A stretch of 64,000 bases of DNA from sequence record OP870145.1; one strand, written 5' to 3'. Shown here piece by piece: positions 59,506 through 64,000 of the stretch; position 1 is the stretch's first letter; the number at the start of each line of letters is the position of its first letter. The notes below the pieces were generated by a model that was given only the letters and a program-made list of their open reading frames with translations, was not told the DNA's origin and made no database searches. Source of the DNA: Escherichia phage vB_Eco_F26. Both the position numbers and the translations under genes were made by a program.

Positions 59506-59700
59506 TCAGTTTTCATTATTCCACCTAATCATTTCAAGATATTGAACTAACTTAGCTTTAGATTTATCCAAATCCTTTTTAGCTGCTTCTATACCGTCGT
59601 ATGAATATCCTTCACAATGCTCAACTGCTAATTGATATGAATCTATTTCAATATCACGTGCTAATTTAATGATTTTTTCAAACTGTTCGAGTGTTAGCAT
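59506..59700 (-). CDS. hypothetical protein (64 aa)
   Basis: ORF. Confidence 0.4.
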   Translation of the reverse strand: MLTLEQFEKIIKLARDIEIDSYQLAVEHCEGYSYDGIEAAKKDLDKSKAKLVQYLEMIRWNNEN

Positions 59701-59702
59701 AA

Positions 59703-59942
59703 TTAAACTCTCGTATTATGATCGATAATTTCATCAAGAAACATATCTAACGCTTCTAAAGCATTATCAACTTTAGTTTCAAAGTCTTTAATGCCTTTAT
59801 TCGAAATACCCGATGAATACCAAGCAAAGTCAATCAGCTCTTCATCTGCTTTACGAATTGAAGCCACTAATTCCTTGATTTTATCTGCTTGCTCTATACT
59901 AATCATTATTCCACCACATATGACAGAGAGAATATTGCACAC
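59703..59942 (-). CDS. hypothetical protein (79 aa)
   Basis: ORF. Confidence 0.4.
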   Translation of the reverse strand: MCNILSVICGGIMISIEQADKIKELVASIRKADEELIDFAWYSSGISNKGIKDFETKVDNALEALDMFLDEIIDHNTRV

Positions 59943-60094
59943 GCCATATGCGTTGCAGCTTCATCACACATATTATAACGTTTCTTCAAAACTTCAACAA
60001 GTTCTTCACTAGTAACTTCATCCATGTTGACGAAAAAATCACCATTAATGATGACGTAGATATTTCCTTCTTGATTGAGTGCTTCAATTTTCAT
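59906..60094 (-). CDS. hypothetical protein (about 62 aa from MKIEALNQ)
   Basis: ORF track starts at 60139 but promoter 60123-60152 favours ATG at 60094 with GAGGAG SD. Confidence 0.4.
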   Translation of the reverse strand: MKIEALNQEGNIYVIINGDFFVNMDEVTSEELVEVLKKRYNMCDEAATHMACAIFSLSYVVE

Positions 60095-60122
60095 GATGTT
60101 CTCCTCTTTATCCGATAGTTGT

Positions 60123-60152
60123 ATAGTACCACAGCTCAAACGGAAAGTAAAC
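60123..60152 (-). promoter_or_regulatory. T4-type early promoter (GTTTAC-N18-TACTAT)
   Basis: Minus-strand GTTTAC 60147-60152. Confidence 0.5.
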
Positions 60153-60160
60153 CGGTAAAA

Positions 60161-60186
60161 TGAAAAAAGTCTCCCGAAGGAGACTA
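60161..60186 (-). terminator. intrinsic terminator (AGUCUCC-UUCG-GGAGACU + U6)
   Basis: 7-bp stem, tetraloop, U-run. Confidence 0.65.
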
Positions 60187-60189
60187 ATG

Positions 60190-60576
60190 TTATTCGAGGG
60201 AAAGAAGATACTTACTCTGGTAAAACATTCCAGTAATATCATCTATCGTGCTTTGGATGGCTGGAGGCATTTCTTTATAAATGCTGTTAGATTGGTCTAG
60301 TATGCGATCAATCATTTTAATTGTGTCGGTAGGAAGTTTACTGGCATCTGGAATTGAAGGTGTGTATTTTCTACCAGAATACCCCAAATATTGCTCACCA
60401 AATTTATCAATCAAATCTGGCAACTCGGAGAAAATAAAATCGTATGCTTTGTGTCTAGCATAACTTTTAGTTTCAAAATGTGCAGAATGAAAATAAGCTT
60501 GTGCAGCCATTAATAAACCTAAGTATTCATCTGCCTTTGAAGGTTTTCCACTTTGTGAAAAGTCGCTGAATTTCAT
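60190..60576 (-). CDS. hypothetical protein (128 aa), immediately downstream of rI
   Basis: ORF with 4-nt overlap to rI. Confidence 0.45.
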   Translation of the reverse strand: MKFSDFSQSGKPSKADEYLGLLMAAQAYFHSAHFETKSYARHKAYDFIFSELPDLIDKFGEQYLGYSGRKYTPSIPDASKLPTDTIKMIDRILDQSNSIYKEMPPAIQSTIDDITGMFYQSKYLLSLE

Positions 60577-60866
60577 TCAGTCTCCAATTTAATGTTCATA
60601 ATTCTAGCGTATGATTGTGCCATCTCCGCGCCTCGCTCTATACATTCAAAATCAGAAGAGCACGGGTCATTTTTATAAGTCGTTCGCATAAAACTATAGA
60701 ACTGTTCAGATGATTCTACGCTTTTATTTTCAAAAAGCATATAAACGTGTCTAATACCAGATTCCATAAATTTATCAAAATGAGGATCGACATTCGCTTC
60801 AATCGGTGGAGACAAAGCAAATGCTAATCCTAGCATGGCAAATAGTGCCGTTGCTTTTAAGGCCAT
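60573..60866 (-). CDS. rI: lysis inhibition regulator rI (97 aa)
   Basis: N-terminal signal-anchor MALKATALFAMLGLAFALSPPIEA; 97 aa; matches recalled T4 rI. Confidence 0.8.
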   Translation of the reverse strand: MALKATALFAMLGLAFALSPPIEANVDPHFDKFMESGIRHVYMLFENKSVESSEQFYSFMRTTYKNDPCSSDFECIERGAEMAQSYARIMNIKLETE

Positions 60867-60878
60867 AAAGGCCTCCTA

Positions 60879-61091
60879 TCATTTTTGTCCTGTATTTACT
60901 TTATGCCGATGCACGGCCTTAACTTTATCAAGGTATTTTTCAAAATTTCGCAATCTAGTATAGTCTGCCGGAGATTGGTTGAGTGATACTTCTCGACGCA
61001 AAGCTGAAATGATATTTCCAACTTCCCTACGAATTTCATCTAATTGAAGAACAGTAAGATTGCGAAGTTGCTTTTCAGTTAATTGTAGCAT
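60879..61091 (-). CDS. hypothetical protein (70 aa)
   Basis: ORF. Confidence 0.4.
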
Positions 61092-61133
61092 ATATACCCC
61101 TTTAGTTAGATAAACCTATTTATAACTTTTGCA

Positions 61134-61715
61134 CTAACCGAGCTTTTTAGTTAATTCATTCCAATGTTTTCTGCACAAAGAAACATAAATTTCATCACCA
61201 ATACAGATTTGATTACCTTCTTTAACTGGTGTTCCATCTTCCATTAATCGAGCTGTCATAATAGCTTTTTTACCACAATGACAAACTGCTTTTAGTTCAA
61301 TAAGTTTATCTGCAATCGCCAAAAGTTCTTTAGAACCTTCAAATAATTTTCCAGCGAAATCAGTCCTTAATCCATAAGCCATAACAGGAACATTATATGT
61401 ATCAACAATTCGACTTAATTGATGCACTTGTTCAGTTTTTAAAAACTGAGCTTCATCTACAAATACGCAATGAATATCTTTTTGTGCTTCAGCCCATTTA
61501 TAGAACTCGAAAATATCCATATCATCTGTAATAATATTCGCTTCCTGTTTAATTCCAATGCGAGAAACAACTTCACAGACAGAATCGCGAGTATCAATAG
61601 CAGGCTTAAGAACTAATACACTCATTCCACGTTCTTTATAATTATGTGCAGCAGTCAAAAGAGAAGCAGATTTTCCAGCATTCATTGCTGCATAAGTAAA
61701 AATTAAACTCGCCAT
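61134..61715 (-). CDS. tk: thymidine kinase (193 aa)
   Basis: Walker A GAMNAGKS; C-terminal zinc site CHCG...C; 193 aa. Confidence 0.9.
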   Translation of the reverse strand: MASLIFTYAAMNAGKSASLLTAAHNYKERGMSVLVLKPAIDTRDSVCEVVSRIGIKQEANIITDDMDIFEFYKWAEAQKDIHCVFVDEAQFLKTEQVHQLSRIVDTYNVPVMAYGLRTDFAGKLFEGSKELLAIADKLIELKAVCHCGKKAIMTARLMEDGTPVKEGNQICIGDEIYVSLCRKHWNELTKKLG

Positions 61716-61716
61716 C

Positions 61717-61905
61717 TTAGTCCTTAGTTAAATTTTCTAAATATGTTTTTAAATCATTTTCAGCTTTATCGATAGATTTTACTAATTCGTAATATGTTTC
61801 GGCATCTCCATATTCAGAAGATATTTCAAAAGACAAATCCTTTTCTAAACTAATAATTTCACCAACTAAAAATAATATTTCGTTCTTTTGTTCGCGAGTA
61901 ATCAT
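61717..61905 (-). CDS. hypothetical protein (62 aa)
   Basis: ORF. Confidence 0.4.
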   Translation of the reverse strand: MITREQKNEILFLVGEIISLEKDLSFEISSEYGDAETYYELVKSIDKAENDLKTYLENLTKD

Positions 61906-62093
61906 AAGGAATTTATATAATTAATAAGTTCTTGTTCTTTATTATCGAATTCTTTAGAAAGTTCTTCGTACTCGTTTGCACTAAAAGGACCGCATTCATT
62001 ACAAACTTTTTCCAATTCACTATTTTTATCCATAACTTCGTGGATAAGAGAAAAGAGTTTGTCTTTTTGTTCTTTACTTAAACTCATAACCAT
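61902..62093 (-). CDS. hypothetical protein (63 aa)
   Basis: ORF. Confidence 0.4.
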   Translation of the reverse strand: MVMSLSKEQKDKLFSLIHEVMDKNSELEKVCNECGPFSANEYEELSKEFDNKEQELINYINSL

Positions 62094-62311
62094 GTCACCT
62101 TTAAGCAGTATTCTTCTACATGCTGTTTACGACCTTTCTTATCAATAAAGGTATATTCAACGAATGTTCCAATGTAGTCTTTATCTACATCATGTGGACT
62201 ATTAATTGGACATTTAGTACGGCAAATGCGTTCCCATTGACGAATAATTACTGCCTTATTCTTTGGGTCATATGGATGTGGATAATGTATATTCATAATA
62301 ATGGTTCCCAA
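62084..62311 (-). CDS. hypothetical protein (75 aa)
   Basis: ORF. Confidence 0.4.
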   Translation of the reverse strand: MGTIIMNIHYPHPYDPKNKAVIIRQWERICRTKCPINSPHDVDKDYIGTFVEYTFIDKKGRKQHVEEYCLKVTWL

Positions 62312-62760
62312 TCAACAATCACAATTTCTAATTTAGAGGAATATGTATCTAAAATCCCCTCAATAATATCCCAGTTTCCTTTACCTATGCCTGCACCAAT
62401 CCTAGGCATATAGATTGTAGGTTTAATCAGTTTATTTTCACCAAACTCATTTAATTCTAACATACAATTCATTAAAGCGGAATATTCAAAATTTGGCCCT
62501 GGTTGAAATTGAGTATAAAGATTAAAGCAGTAAGCTTTATGAGTCCTAAAGTATTTTTCATAGACTGAGTAAGAACCAAGTTTAGTTACATCACCCCATT
62601 CAGTCTGTAATTTATCAGCTTCCAAAATTTTAGGGAAAGCTTTGGTTAATTGACCTGCGACTCCAGCTTTCATCGTATGAAAACAATTGCATCCATGCGC
62701 AATATTTTTACCTTCAGTGAAAAGGGCGACAATATCGCCCTTGATATATTTTACAATCAT
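62293..62760 (-). CDS. macro-domain protein (155 aa), predicted ADP-ribose binding/processing
   Basis: Macro-domain signatures GDIV...NIAHGCNCFHTMKAGVAG and IGAGIGKGNWDII. Confidence 0.55.
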   Translation of the reverse strand: MIVKYIKGDIVALFTEGKNIAHGCNCFHTMKAGVAGQLTKAFPKILEADKLQTEWGDVTKLGSYSVYEKYFRTHKAYCFNLYTQFQPGPNFEYSALMNCMLELNEFGENKLIKPTIYMPRIGAGIGKGNWDIIEGILDTYSSKLEIVIVDWEPLL

Positions 62761-63104
62761 CTAGTACTCAATCCTCGATTATAAGAATCTACCAAACGGT
62801 CAACCATTGAATGACAAGCGGCTTTATCTTTCTCCTCCGCAACTGAACATTCTAATGTATTCCACTTTTTAGCATATCGTTTTAATAATGTATCGTTTTT
62901 GTATCTGCTTGATTTATCTCTTTCTCCGTCTTTATATGCATATATTAATTTCTGCGCAAATTCAGCTTGGCATGCTTTATTTTTCCCACAATAATCTGCC
63001 GCAGTGCGATTTACATATTCTCTAATTTCAGTATATGATGTATCTGCTGACGCAGAAGCAGAAAATGAAATTAATCCTATACATAAAACCAAAATTTTAG
63101 TCAT
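62757..63104 (-). CDS. secreted protein (115 aa), vs-like position
   Basis: Signal peptide MTKILVLCIGLISFSASASA; four cysteines. Confidence 0.45.
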   Translation of the reverse strand: MTKILVLCIGLISFSASASADTSYTEIREYVNRTAADYCGKNKACQAEFAQKLIYAYKDGERDKSSRYKNDTLLKRYAKKWNTLECSVAEEKDKAACHSMVDRLVDSYNRGLSTR

Positions 63105-63642
63105 TTACTATTTCCAAAAGTTTATTATTTTTAAGGTAATTAGCCTTTTCTAGGACTTCAGAAGCATATTTAGAACCAGCTTTAACATTCCATCCCGAAT
63201 TATAAGAGGATATCGCCTTTCTTATATCGCCCTTATGTATATTTAACCAATAAGAAAGTTCAATGTACGCCCAGGAAGCTGAATTGGACCGTTTATTCAA
63301 CATTCTTTTTATTTCAGCATCGGTCATATTATAACCAAGTTCCTTAACTCTTGCTCGCATAGTAGGCAAATAATTTTGGAACATTCCGTAGGCGTGATGC
63401 TTTGGTTTAGATTTTAAATTAACTCCGCCAGAGCTTTCTTGCCATAAAATAGCAGCCATTATATGACCTAATCCGCTCTTGTGGATATTTTTATGTGTTT
63501 TATATTTTCCATCCTTAGAAAATTGTTCCCCGAATTGATACGCGTAACGCATGTTATCGAGTTGGACATTACTGAAAGTATGCTCGGAGCTATGTGCCAT
63601 CATTGAAATGGCCAATAGACCAGCGAGTAGTGCTTTTCTCAT
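63097..63642 (-). CDS. periplasmic lytic transglycosylase-like protein (181 aa)
   Basis: Signal peptide MRKALLAGLLAISMMAHS; SLT-like motif AILWQESSG and catalytic-region GMFQ. Confidence 0.5.
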   Translation of the reverse strand: MRKALLAGLLAISMMAHSSEHTFSNVQLDNMRYAYQFGEQFSKDGKYKTHKNIHKSGLGHIMAAILWQESSGGVNLKSKPKHHAYGMFQNYLPTMRARVKELGYNMTDAEIKRMLNKRSNSASWAYIELSYWLNIHKGDIRKAISSYNSGWNVKAGSKYASEVLEKANYLKNNKLLEIVND

Positions 63643-63649
63643 GCTTACC

Positions 63650-64000
63650 TCATTGAGTTTTAATTACTGCTTTAGAAGCCTTTCCTGGTAAACGACGACT
63701 GTTAATAATTGCCATCCTACATTGAAGTGACGGGTCTTTGAACTTCTCATTAGGTTTACAAACTGTAAATCCAAGCCAAAGATTTCCATCTGTGATTTCT
63801 AAACGTCCAGGACGATATTCAATTCCATCAATAAAATCCTCGTCAATGTCAGGACGCGGAGGCATACTCAGGAATTCATTAACTTCTAAAACATGGTCTT
63901 TTATTTTATGGAATAATTCAAAAACGTATGTCTCATCAATCTCCCGTTGAATTGCGCGATCAAGAAGATGTTGAGAATATTTTAGATGAAACGATGAGAC
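63650..64000 (-). CDS. regB: RegB endoribonuclease, C-terminal part (N-terminus beyond window end)
   Basis: Open frame continues to window edge; sequence ...VSSFHLKYSQHLLDRAIQREIDETYVFELFHKIKDHVLEVNEFLSMPPRPDIDEDFIDG... matches recalled T4 RegB. Confidence 0.75.
   Translation of the reverse strand, partial: VSSFHLKYSQHLLDRAIQREIDETYVFELFHKIKDHVLEVNEFLSMPPRPDIDEDFIDGIEYRPGRLEITDGNLWLGFTVCKPNEKFKDPSLQCRMAIINSRRLPGKASKAVIKTQ

Noticed and set aside
1-64000. CRISPR array, tRNA or rRNA genes
   Set aside because: No spacer-separated direct repeats; the recurrent GC hairpins are single 15-25 nt stem-loops at gene ends; no cloverleaf-compatible 70-90 nt segments seen in intergenic gaps.
1-64000. Integrated prophage or plasmid origin
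   Set aside because: No integrase, repressor, att-like repeats or host genes; content is a lytic T-even replication/nucleotide-metabolism module.

Overview
This window reads as the early/middle-gene region of a T4-like (T-even, Tequatrovirus-type) lytic coliphage; I could not identify a clearly undescribed system, only candidates. Almost every gene is on the minus strand, packed tightly with frequent start/stop overlaps. Gene order is rIIA, split topoisomerase II large subunit (39 / HNH endonuclease / 60 with the 50-nt translational bypass), dexA, dda, srd, modA-modB, soc, segF-like, 56, 61, sp, dmd, 41, 40, uvsX, a GT-A glycosyltransferase, 42, imm, 43, regA, 62, 44, 45, rpbA, 46, 47, alpha-gt, 55, nrdH, nrdG, intron-split nrdD, 49, nrdC, a block of unnamed ORFs, rI, tk, vs and a partial regB. 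Gene names are assigned from protein motifs, lengths and recalled T4 sequences, not from any database search. Non-coding features include a family of eleven minus-strand early promoters (GTTTAC, 18-bp spacer, TATAAT-like -10), GC-rich tetraloop hairpin terminators, MotA-box middle promoters and one late promoter. No tRNA, rRNA, CRISPR array or integrase was found. At least eight homing-endonuclease-like genes are present, several at loci that differ from my recollection of T4, so this looks like a close T4 relative with a mosaic accessory set, not T4 itself. The less-characterised candidates worth follow-up are four tandem coiled-coil proteins (49423-53409), a P-loop NTPase / nucleotidyltransferase pair (55548-57644), a macro-domain protein (62293-62760) and a lone plus-strand membrane ORF (16924-17124).
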